NCBI GenBank assembly: GCA_965235115.1
Contig: OZ249436.1
Span: 6,078,001-6,142,000 of the forward strand
Direction: 5' to 3'
Length of the DNA stretch: 64,000 bases
Source of the DNA: Laetmonice hystrix
Lineage: Eukaryota
The translations under genes and the position numbers were made by a program. Position 1 is the stretch's first letter. Every line of letters begins with the position of its first letter. The notes under the pieces were generated by a model. It ran no database searches, had not been told where the DNA came from, and saw only the letters and a list, made by a program, of their open reading frames with translations. This document shows positions 52,975 through 64,000 of this stretch, piece after piece.

Positions 52975-54213
52975 AGCAATGGTCATCGGATGACCAAATG
53001 ACGTAATGGCAGCAGCTACAACACGCACCACAAAACAATCGTGTTTTTATTTGGTTTTAAAAGAAATGACCCCCCCCCCTGCCCCTTCATGGCATGCGCA
53101 GTATCCGCCCCCGTGGGAGTTTTGGATAACTCTGAAGTCATCAAGATAATTAGACTAATGTTGACTAACGACCCAGACAAAGACATCGTGCCGCCATGTC
53201 ATCGAGTGCACCAGCTTCTTCCATAACCGATGGAAGACTCGTGCCATGACGTGATGGTACATACACCACGAATGGCATGAGTTCCAGGCTCACGTCATAC
53301 CGTGGTGACGCAGAAAGCAGGCAAAAGGCTTCAAAGGATTTAATCTGTACAAACTGTGCGAGAGTACTCCCAACCTTTCAGGATTGTATTAGTGTCTATA
53401 GGAAACCACAAGGGAAGTTCGACGGGAGTTGCAGAGTCGTCGAATATGACGCCATACGTTTACACACAAAGCCTAATGATTACCGACACTGACTCTTTTC
53501 ATGGAGATAAATTTATCATTTTTAATACAATAGAAAATAGAAGTACAAACGTTACAGTAATGTAGGACGGTGTCGTTTGGTACTGTGGCTCTCTTTGTCA
53601 ACCGCCGACTTGCCTTGCCTCCCCGGGTGGGAGAATAAACCACCTTCACAAAGTCATCTTGTGTATCACCCGCTGCACTTTGTCTTCTATCACTTTCTAT
53701 TTGTTAAGTTAGCATTGGAGATAAAGGTTTTCAACGATATGTCACCGCCCCCTCACCCCTAGGTCATGTGCCCGCCATTGTGACAAACCAGCTGGCCCTT
53801 TGCGCCAGTCTTTGGTCACTGGAACTACATTGTCGACAACAGAGCACTTCTTGTTGACGTTGAAGCCGAAAGTGATTGGTGTCAATCTAAGACGGTTGCT
53901 CTTCTGACCTTAAGGTGCCAACAGAGCCGACATTTGACACCATTTGCCGTTCTGAAGTGTCAAGTGGCATAACCAAGACTTTGTTGTCAAAATTCGGGGT
54001 CAGGGCGTTCTCAAGCTACGGGGCGGGGCTGGTATAACGGTCCTTGACCCGTGTTGACCGATACCATGGACCGCCACGACATGTCCCAAAGCTGGACCGC
54101 CCGGTAACGGTCGGGACTAGGTACTGCAATCAGTACTATTCCTGAGTCTTATATGTATTACGAGTATTCAAAAGATCACCCAGTTATGTGTGTCCACGTT
54201 GGGGTGTGTGTAC

Positions 54214-54362
54214 GAGAGGGGGAGAGAGAGAAAGAGACAGAGAGAGAGAGAGAGAGAGACAGAGAGAGAGAGACAGAGAGAGACAGAGAGAGAGACAGAG
54301 ACAGTGGGGAGAGAGAGGGGGATAGAAAGAGACAGAGAGAGAGACAGACAGAGACAGCGACA
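54214..54362. repeat. GA-rich microsatellite
   Basis: (GA)n/(GACA)n. Confidence 0.94.
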
Positions 54363-55860
54363 GGGGGGCCAGCTTGACGAGATGAAGAAATGAAGAAATG
54401 GTTGGCTGTAGTGACCAGAAGGCCATAACCGGCAATATTTCCTGCGGTATCTTCGACTGACTGGTGATTGTCTAGTCAGAGGCACTGATTTCACAATCTT
54501 CCGAAATCTCTTCCGAGAGCCACCAGTCTCTGAGATATCACGCAGATCAGGCCGCAGCGTGCATGATGAAAACGAATCTACGCTTGTAACGAGAAAGCTT
54601 TGTTCATCTAGGCGGAGCGAGACAGGAAAATGGATGCAAAAGCCACGGCCTTGTCAAAGGGTCATCCATTTCGTTACCTAAGTGGTCAGGGCAGTGCTCT
54701 GGTCTGTCCATACACGGGAGGGTAGCACCCGATGGCACTGGCGGGAATGGCAGCCGCTGACCTCAGCCACCGATCGCCGCTTGTTGGAGCCCTCCTGGCC
54801 GCCAGTCTCCCCCCGCGCCTGCTCTTTATCTGGGACCCAGTCCTCCGTCCAATAACTGCACTGTCAGCCCACCAAATGGGTGTTTTCGCACCGGGTCAAA
54901 AACCAATACTCCTGAGGTCAGCAAAGCAATCAGGGCAACAGCCAGGGGACAGTAAGTCATTCAAAGTTGGCCCAATATCGGGAGTGAGCGCCGGCGGCTA
55001 GCCCCTGGTCGACAGGCCACAATCACGCTGGACAATACAACAAGCACAAGTTATAGATAGCAGAATGGAAAGACGACGATACATTCTCTTCCATTTTACT
55101 AGCGCATTTGGTCAAATAGACACAACGGCAATCACAATTCTTTCCATTTCTTGGCAATTTAAGAGATTTGTCATGGGGACTTATCCGTAATCTTGATTGC
55201 TCTCCAGCTTTCTATAGGAGCATGCCATTGAAGATACTGTAAGACTTATAGATATTGCTATACAAGGCGACAAACCAAAGGCGAGTTTCCGAGAAGCGTG
55301 TCCCTAACGTATAGGTGGCCGACGCCGGGGGGCAGGTGTCCAGATACATTACAATAAGTCGTAGGCTGAGAAGTGGTCACGCCACTATTTATAATAAATG
55401 GGCACCAAATGTGTATTTTATCATTTCAGACAGTAGGCCAAGGACTGAACCTTCTGACTGGCCGTCAGCGTGACATATTGGGCGTCCACACTTGTAGATC
55501 CCTCTTACAGGAGGCATATCCATGGAAAGTTGCGCATTGTAGCAGGCCTCTAGCCTACATGTAGGCCTATACGATGTGGATATGAATTATGGTACCGGGT
55601 ATGGGATCTACTATGCATAAGTCCCGTTTATAAGATGTGCCAGGTATAGGCCCATTATGTATACTTATACAGTTATTATCAGTTTTAATATCCATGTGTC
55701 AACATTCGTCACACAGTCGTAAATGAGAAGTTAATTAAATATTTGGTATTGACGGTTTATTTTATATAGTCTATGTGTTTCTTTCTCTGCCAACGAATGT
55801 ATACTAGCCTCACTCACAGACATGACAATTGTTCCTAGTCGGAAGAACTGAGAACGCAAT

Positions 55861-56386
55861 CCCTGAGAGACTTGTGACCTGTGAGCCCGCCTCAGTCCAC
55901 TGACCGGAGAGGGTTTACTGAGAACGCCTCTTGATACCCTGAGAGACTTGTGACCTGTGAACCCGCCTCAGTCCACTGACCGGGGAGGGTTTACTGAGAA
56001 CGCCTCTTGATACCCTGAGAGACTTGTGACCTTTGAACCCGCCTCAGTCCACTGACCGAGGAGGGTTTACTGAGAACGCCTCTTGGTACCCTGAGAGACT
56101 TGCGACCTGTGAACCCACCTCAGTCCACTGACCCTGAGAGACTTGCGACCTGTGAACCCGCCTCAGTCCACTGACCGGGGAGGGTTTACTGAGAACGCCT
56201 CTTGGTACCCTGAGAGACTTGTGACCTGTGAACCCGCCTCAGTCCGCTGACCCTGAGAGACTTGTGACCTGTGAACCCGCCTCAGTCCACTGACCGGGGA
56301 GGGTTTACTGAGAACGCCTCTTGGTACCCTGAGAGACTTGTGACCTGTGAACCCGCCTCAGTCCGCTGACCGGACAGGGTTTCTGA
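55861..56386. repeat. Minisatellite, 76-bp unit with 43-bp deleted variant, 8 copies
   Basis: CCCTGAGAGACTTG starts at 55861, 55937, 56013, 56089, 56132, 56208, 56251 and 56327. Confidence 0.96.
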
Positions 56387-57345
56387 CCACCAGTTTCTCC
56401 CCCTAGAAATGATAAATGTATTGATAGCCGTCCAGTGCCCGCCTCTCGGGACGATATTTGTCACGCTGGGTGACGCGCCATTTCGACAATAGCGGGCGAT
56501 AATCAGAGAAGATTGCGTGTCGCTGCCGTCCTGGACACAACGTGGGGGTATGGGCTGTGAGGTGGGGAGGGGGCAGCAACAGGCACTGGACGGCAGTCAT
56601 CAGTCAAACGGCGGGCCAGTGGGTGCCACCTACTGGAGCCATCGTCTGGGCCATTTCTTGGCATTCACGCACCTTCAACTCTCCCTTGTAAACTTTCTAA
56701 CTCCTGTTCACAGTAGGCCCTACCATAAAATCTACACTCTGTGGAGACATAAAAACAATCCATAAAGCCGAGTAGTACTGAAGGATAAGGCCACTCCTGT
56801 CGAGGCGGATTCTGTCTTTGTTTGTCTCACCTCGCCCTACCCGCTCATTGACCCTATACGGTCCACCCTCCACCACTGCAGGCCTACACCATAACATGAG
56901 TGTATCATAATATCACAGTCTTCATTCCGTCATCACGACCCTGGTCCGCATTATGAACCATGAAAAAAGTAGTACCCGACCATTCCATCATGACATCACA
57001 CCGCGTATCGCGCACCCGAGCAAATCTCATAATGTATTATTTTTTATCTGCTTCATATATCATACACCCGAGAATGATATTGGGCCTCCTGCTACCAAGC
57101 CCCATGTCACTGTCAGTTGTGTTGTTGGATTGGAAGCGATCGACAACACCAAGTAATTCCATCGTAGGCATCCGACAAAGACAGATAGGTATCAGTGATC
57201 GACCTTTTATTCGTCCAGATGGCACTTCGATCAATGCTCTCTTTGTTTTGTGACAAATGGGAGGATTGAGGATTGGCGAGGCGATATATGGGTGCTCCAT
57301 GGTGGACGACCTGGGTCTGTCGGAGTCTCGGGAAGATATGGCACT

Positions 57346-59657
57346 GCCTGTACACCCGGAACGGTACATAGAGACCAGTGACACTGCAGGGCCTGCACAC
57401 CCGGGACGGTACATAGAACATAGAGACCAGTGACACTGCAGGGCCTGCACACCCGGGACGGTACATAGAGACCAGTGTGCTGACACTGCAGGGCCTGCAC
57501 ACCCGGAACGGTACATAGAGACCAGTGTGCTCACACAGCAGGGCCTGCACACTGAACGGTACATAGAGACCAGTGTGCTCACACTGCAGGGCCTGTACAC
57601 CCGGGACGGTACATAGAGACCAGTGTGCTCACACTGCAGGGCCTGCACACCCGGAACGGTAGGGGGCCTACATAGAGACCAGTGTGCTGACACTGCAAGG
57701 CCTGCACACCCGGAACGGTACATAGAGACCAGTGTGCTGACACTGCAGGGCCTGCACACCCGGAACGGTACATAGAGACCAGTGTGCTCACACTGCAGGG
57801 CCTGTACACCCGGGACGGTACATAGAGACCAGTGTGCTCACACTGCAGGGCCTGCACACCCGGAACGGTAGGGGGCCTACATAGAGACCAGTGTGCTGAC
57901 ACTGCAAGGCCTGCACACCCGGAACGGTACATAGAACATAGAGGCCAGTGACACTGCAGGGCCTGTACACCCGGGACGGTACATAGAGACCAGTGTGCTC
58001 ACACAGCAGGGCCTGCACACCCGGGACGGTACATAGAGACCAGTGTGCTGACACTGCAAGGCCTGTACACCCGGAACGGTACATAGAGACCAGTGTGCTG
58101 ACACTGCAGGGCCTGCACACCCGGAACGGTACATAGAGACCAGTGTGCTGACACTGCAGGGCCTGCACACCCGGAACGGTACATAGAGACCAGTGTGCTC
58201 ACACAGCAGGGCCTGCACACCCGGAACGGTACATAGAACATAGAGACCAGTGACACTGCAGGGCCTGTACACCCGGAACGGTACATAGAGACCAGTGTGC
58301 TGACACTGCAGGGCCTGCACACCCGGAACGGTACATAGAGACCAGTGTGCTCACACTGCAGGGCCTGCACACCCGGAACGGTACATAGAGACCAGTGTGC
58401 TGACACTGCAGGGCCTGCACACCCGGAACGGTACATAGAGACCAGTGTGCTGACACTGCAGGGCCTGCACACCGGAACGGTACATAGAGACCAGTGTGCT
58501 CACACTGCAGGGCCTGCACACCCGGAACGGTACATAGAGACCAGTGTGCTCACACTGCAGGGCCTGCACACCCGGGACGGTACATAGAGACCAGTGTGCT
58601 CACACTGTAGGGCCTGCACACCCATGACGGTACATAGAGACCAGTGTGCTCACACTGTAGGGCCTGCACACCCGGAACGGTACATAGAGACCAGTGTGCT
58701 CACACTGCAGGGCCTGCACACCCGGAACGGTACATAGAGACCAGTGTGCTCACACTGCAGGGCCTGTACATAGAGACCAGTGTGCTGACACTGCAGGGCC
58801 TGCACACCCGGAACGGTACATAGAGACCAGTGTGCTGACACTGCAGGGCCTGTACATGGGTACCGGTGTGCTGACACTGCAGGGCCTGTATATGGGTACC
58901 GGTGTGCTGACACTGCAGGGCCTGTACATGGTTACCGGTGTGCTGACACTGCAGGGCCTGTACATGGGTACCGGTGTGCTGACACTGCAGGGCCTGTACA
59001 TGGAGACCGGTGTGCTGACACTGCAGGGCCTGTACATGGGTACCGGTGTGCTGACACTGCAGGGCCTGTACATGGGTACCGGTGTGCTGACACTGCAGGG
59101 CCTGTACATGGAGACCGGTGTGCTGACACTGCAGGGCCTGTACATGGGTACCGGTGTGCTGACACTGCAGGGCCTGTACATGGGTACCGGTGTGCTGACA
59201 CTGCAGGGCCTGTACATGGGTACCGGTGTGCTGACACTGCAGGGCCTGTACATGGAGACCGGTGTGCTGACACTGCAGGGCCTGTACATGGGTACCGGTG
59301 TGCTGACACTGCAGGGCCTGTACATGGGTACCGGTGTGCTGACACTGCAGGGCCTGTACATGGGTACCGGTGTGCTGACACTGCAGGGCCTGTACATGGG
59401 TACCGGTGTGCTGACACTGCAGGGCCTGTACATGGAGACCAGTGTGCTGACACTGCAGGGCCTGTATATGGAGACCAGTGTGCTGACACTGCAGGGCCTG
59501 TACATGGAGACCAGTGTGCTGACACTGCAGGGCCTGTATATGGAGACCAGTGTGCTGACACTGCAGGGCCTGTACATGGAGACCAGTGTGCTGACACTGC
59601 AGGGCCTGTATATGGGTACCGGTGTGCTGACACTGCAGGGCTTGCACCCCCGGAAGG
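57346..59657. repeat. Compound minisatellite: 50-bp unit with a nested 36-bp derived sub-array
   Basis: ACACTGCAGGGCCTGCACACCCGGAACGGTACATAGAGACCAGTGTGCT(C/G), then from ~58830 GTGTGCTGACACTGCAGGGCCTGTACATGGGTACCG. Confidence 0.98.
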
Positions 59658-60687
59658 TTGGCGCGTGTAATGGGGGAATACCCAGTTATGTCCAGAGAAA
59701 ATGTTCGTGTTTAAGTGTCTATAGAGTGTTCATGCTAGACCACACAACGATATAGGCATGACTTGGGCAATAACATTGATGCCGTATGGCTCTTCTAGAA
59801 CTGTCTAAATGTGTGCAGATAAAGTATGTCCACCACAAAGTCATAAGACAATGCCCTGCAGGAGAAAAGTTTTTGAAATTTGAAATAATGAACTACTATT
59901 AAAGTACCTAAAGATACTGTTTAGATGTGTCAATAATGAAAACACACGATAAAAAGATGGACACGCATATTTTAATTGATGGGCACTGGTGTGAACGATA
60001 CTGAAACTTGACGGCCCCAGGGTGTGACCAACAGCTCGAACTCTCTCTGTCTGTATACCGGGACAAGATGAGAGTCTGGCCCTCGGTGATAGAGTGCGAG
60101 GCTTACTGTCTAACGCCGCGAGCAACGTGCAGTTTTTATCTCTATATGCCCCCCCCCCCTATATCTACCGCTGCAATCTTTTTTTTTCAATCGCAGGACG
60201 AAAGATGATACATCGAGCCCAGATAAAGTTGGCGTTTTCTTTACGTGTATTGGAGTACATCTGTTAGACTGGGCGGCGTCGAATTCCCTCATCAGAGCTT
60301 CTGTAATTAGACTATTTATCGGATGGACAACAATTAATTGTTGTGGCGACCATCCATCAAGTGAAGGAGGAGTCGTGAAAACTGGCTGGGCGGAGTACCT
60401 GGTGGTACGGAGGTACTTGTAGATACTTGGACCGGTGGTCACTGACCGACACGTATCTGGACCCTGCGGACATGAGGCCGACCGTCTGTGGGACGGTCAT
60501 GGCGGTCGATACCGGTCAGTCTGATGTTATCAGCCACCAACATCACTCACCGTCCAAACACCCACAGGTGATTGCCATACATAAATAGTTGCTGACCAGA
60601 GTCCCGCTGGGGCCATGCACCTTCTGGCCTGTCCCTCATGACGGGCCGGGGGCCCTCAACATAGAACATTATATATTGGTAGATGTA

Positions 60688-60912
60688 ATGCCGTATGTAT
60701 AAATTTACGTATACGTAATACATATTCACGTATACTTGAATGTATATGGTAGTAATGTTTGCGTTGATGTATAGGATATACATGCATGCTGACTATTATT
60801 GGTATATGGATGTAATGCTAGATGCCGTATGTCAAAATTTATGTATATAATACATATTCACGTACATAAATGTAAGTAGCGGTGATTTTTGTGTTGATGT
60901 ATAGGCTATACG
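60688..60912. repeat. Old diverged two-copy duplication (~134-bp offset)
   Basis: ATGCCGTATGT...TAATACATATTCACGTA...GTTGATGTATAGG at 60688 and 60822. Confidence 0.8.
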
Positions 60913-61371
60913 TTTGTGAATATCCAAGTTTATCTACATACATTATGAAAATGCCATTTCTTAATTGCGAAAACCATGCAGCCGTGCACCGGAAAACATG
61001 TCGTAGACAGGAGTGATGTCAGTCTGGGAGTACCTTCTGTCGCGAAATACCATGTCATGAGAAATTGAACGTAAGTTGGCAAACCCAACTACCAACCCTC
61101 CTGATAATTCTGGGCACTTCTTGGAACAGGATGGGGGATCGTAGCCAGTGATTAATTGTTTACTGTTATAGGGTCACTCGTCAGTCCAGTAAAGTTAGTG
61201 GGTGCTACGGGCTAGTGGTCTCATTACCATCACCACAGACAATTCATTCAATAAATTATTTATTTTATTCAATAAATTATTAATGTTCCTCTGTAAATGA
61301 AGTACTACACGGTTCGGCATTTCCGGTGCCATCGTACACGAAAAGCAGTTGCCACAGCGTTGAAGTTTTAA

Positions 61372-62010
61372 TTGACTGTGGAACTCATGCAGTTGGAGCG
61401 GCCTACTCTAGTCATGATACACGTCTAGTTTGATTGTGGAACTCATGCAGTTGGAGCGGCCTACTCTAGTCATGATACACGTCCAGTTGATTGTGGAACT
61501 CATGCAGTTGGAGCGGCCTACTCTAGTTATGATACACTTCTAGTTTGATTGTGGAACTCATGCAGTTGGAGCGGCCTACTCTCGTCATGATACACGTCTA
61601 GTTGATTGTGGAACTCATGCAGTTGGAGCGGCCTACTCTAGTCATGATACACGTCTAGTTTGATTGTGGAACTCATGCAGTTGGAGCGGCCTACTCTAGT
61701 CATGATACACGTCTAGTTGATTGTGGAACTCATGCAGTTGGAGCGGCCTACTCTAGTCATAATACACGTCTAGTTTGATTGTGGAACTCATTCAGTTGGA
61801 GCGGCCTACTCTAGTCATGATACACGTCTAGTTGATTGTGGAACTCATGCAGTTGGAGCGGCCTACTCTAGTCATGATACACGTCTAGTTGATTGTGGAA
61901 CTCATGCAGTTGGAGCGGCCTACTCTAGTCATGATACACGTCTAGTTTGATTGTGGAGCTCATGCAGTTGGAGCGGCCTACTCTAGTCATGATACACGTC
62001 TAGTTTGATT
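61372..62010. repeat. Minisatellite, 58/59-bp unit x11
   Basis: TTGATTGTGGAACTCATGCAGTTGGAGCGGCCTACTCTAGTCATGATACACGTCTAGT. Confidence 0.98.
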
Positions 62011-62072
62011 CATTCCCTGTCTGATTAAAAGTGATTTTATCTTTACAGATTCAATGAACGCAGGATGGGTTT

Positions 62073-62290
62073 CAGGGGCGGATCTAGGATTTTGTCGAGG
62101 GGCACTTAACCTCCCTTTGACAAAATTGGTGGGCACGCCCACTCTGGACCAGCACTTTTTAAGGGCGCAATCTTTGCCATAGACAAGAAGAAAATAGATA
62201 AATGAAATAAACAAAAATAAAAGAACTTGAAGGGGGTGTTAACCCCCTGGGTTTACCGCCGTACACAGGGACCAACCCCTCGCCATCCCG
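62073..62290. mobile_element. Probable degenerate MITE starting CAGGGGCGGATCTAGG
   Basis: Left terminus matches the inverted terminus at 44551-44566; A-rich interior; right TIR not clean. Confidence 0.4.
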
Positions 62291-63006
62291 TGCACCCAAC
62301 TTTGTATATACTACTGACACGTGATATGTGGCGCCTCTGCAGACCACAGCGCCGTCTGTCGGTGGCAGAGCGTCGTCACTGGTGATAAAGTGAGCCGGCC
62401 TGCTGTCTGCGCCACTCGATCAGACCCTGCAGCCAGCACCACCCGCCACCGCCACCGCCACCGCCACCGCTCGCCGCCAGTCGTCCCGATACGCCAGGCC
62501 TGGCGACACGTGGGCATCCTCTCCCTTATTATCGCTAATGTTCCTCTCGTCCGACTGTCAGCCGTGAGACACTTTGATCCAAACAGCCGTGGGATGAGGC
62601 ATTGGAAGATCACATTTTCAATGGCACCCTTCATTAGACCTGTTATGTATCATTAGTTTAAAGTGTCGACTCTTTTAAAGGCACTTACGCCAACGGCGTG
62701 GGAGAATGTGATGAAAGTTTGGAAATGCCCATGACGGCATGAGTATGACAGACCAAGAGAATGATAGGCGAGAGGTCTAATGTAGCCCACTGAGGATCAG
62801 TTAACACCTAAAATTACACTAGAAATATAACAAGTTCATATGAATACAGTGGGTGATGTTAAACCAAGGAAAAATAAAATAGGGGCAAAACTTAGAAAAT
62901 ATTATGGATTCACCAACCCGTGCCAAAACTGGGCCTATGTCCTGGTAAAGTTACAGACGAGGAGAGACGAAGATGAAGATGCCTGATACAAACTACCAAC
63001 TGCACC

Positions 63007-63437
63007 TACTACTAACACCTACCAACAACAGTTCACGGGGCTGTTACTATACTAACACCTACTAACAACAGTTCACGGGAGCCGTTACTACTAACACCTA
63101 CTAACAACAGTTCACGGGGGCTGTTACTATACTAACACCTACTAACAACAGTTCACGAGAGCCGTTACTAACACCTACTACAACAGTTCACGGGAGCCGT
63201 TACTACTAACACCTACTAACAACAGTTCACGGGAGCCCTTACTACTAACACCTACTAACAACAGTTCACGGGAGCCCTTACTACTAACACCTACTAACAA
63301 CAGTTCACGGGGGCCGTTACTACTAACACCTACTAACAACAGTTCACGGGAGCCGTTACTACTAACACCTACTAACAACAGTTCACGGGAGCCGTTACTA
63401 CTAACACCTACTAACAACAGTTCACGAGAGCCGTTAC
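63007..63437. repeat. Minisatellite, 39-bp unit x11
   Basis: CTACTAACACCTACTAACAACAGTTCACGGGAGCCGTTA. Confidence 0.97.
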
Positions 63438-64000
63438 ATTTGCCACAATAAAGAGATGATTCTGCTGACAGCCTCATACTGTTGGATAATGACTTTGATA
63501 ATGTAAGAGTACCGAGGTACAGGAAGGGGAGGACTGCTTGCCGTATGGCATTCACTCTAGTTAGAGGGGAGCGGGAAGGAACACGGCGTACGTGACTATT
63601 TAATGGGTTTCAGAGCAAGATCGAAGCACGTTTATTAAGCACCCTCCTGGGCGTCGGGTTAATAGCGTATGAGGGTGCGGCAGTGTCGGTTGGACTAATC
63701 GTAATGGGTCTCTAGATTGCTGTAATTTACAATGTGTACATTTAGACGGCGGCAGACCTCAAATTGTGCTTGGATTGCTGGGGAGACGTTGGCCTACTCG
63801 TTATTAGCTTGGTGGGGGTGAGAGTCGGGGTTGGGGGTACGAGTAGGGGTGGGGTGGGACGGAACGCCATGGGATCCATGGGAACCCCGTATGTGTCAGC
63901 TTTAAGTGATGGGTGAGCATCGCCCCTCATCACTCGTTCTGCCTTTCCACCCAAACCCCATTTACATGTTAATAATTGGTCGACATACCCCTGCGCAGAT

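Noticed and set aside
55860..55878. TCCCTGAGAGACTTGTGA resembles miR-125 (TCCCTGAGACCCTAACTTGTGA)
   Set aside because: Central bases are missing, I see no matching star arm, and it lies in a minisatellite. By eye I found no full match to any other conserved bilaterian miRNA.
58694..59755. 353-aa (LTLQGLYMGTGV)n ORF resembling an LRR/solenoid protein
   Set aside because: 36-bp unit open in several frames on both strands, derived from a 50-bp non-triplet unit; no capping domains.
60050..60130. tRNA-derived SINE head on minus strand (similar hints at ~2925, ~24075, ~46310)
   Set aside because: A/B boxes too degenerate and no cloverleaf, tail or TSD; cannot be supported without a repeat library.
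44551..62088. Matching inverted termini as ends of one 17-kb transposon
   Set aside because: They point outward (right end first, left end later), so they belong to separate small elements.
881..63437. CRISPR arrays (many 30-40 bp repeats)
   Set aside because: Units are head-to-tail with no unique spacers, there are no cas genes, and the context is eukaryotic.
5008..63437. Apparent excess of unit lengths divisible by 3 (about half of the arrays)
   Set aside because: Small sample and a modest excess over one third; frameshifting variants occur within these arrays, so there is no evidence of coding constraint.

Overview
Eukaryotic, almost certainly animal, genomic DNA. CpG is not visibly depleted, and TACATGTA/TAGGCCTA palindromes, MITEs and CTCF-like motifs occur, which suggests a bilaterian invertebrate (inference only). 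I find no recognisable protein-coding gene, rRNA, tRNA, known miRNA or CRISPR array. All the longest ORFs in the track are read-throughs of tandem repeats. The dominant feature is about 40 unrelated tandem arrays (units of 2 to ~150 bp), covering roughly one third of the window by my hand tally (~21-22 kb) and alternating with 1-3 kb unique stretches. The arrays show every stage from 2-copy duplications to kilobase arrays with higher-order structure and nested derived units. Thirteen have total lengths of ~480-650 bp regardless of unit size. There are two complete MITEs (TTA-flanked Harbinger-like, TTAA-flanked Kolobok-like), a divergent cluster of CTCF-like motifs, a candidate TATA promoter near Hox/Pbx/Meis-type sites, and a low-confidence phase-compatible 3-exon ORF with no recognisable homology. 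The window reads as an intron or regulatory desert; any novel system here is most likely the repeat-generating process, and that is unproven.
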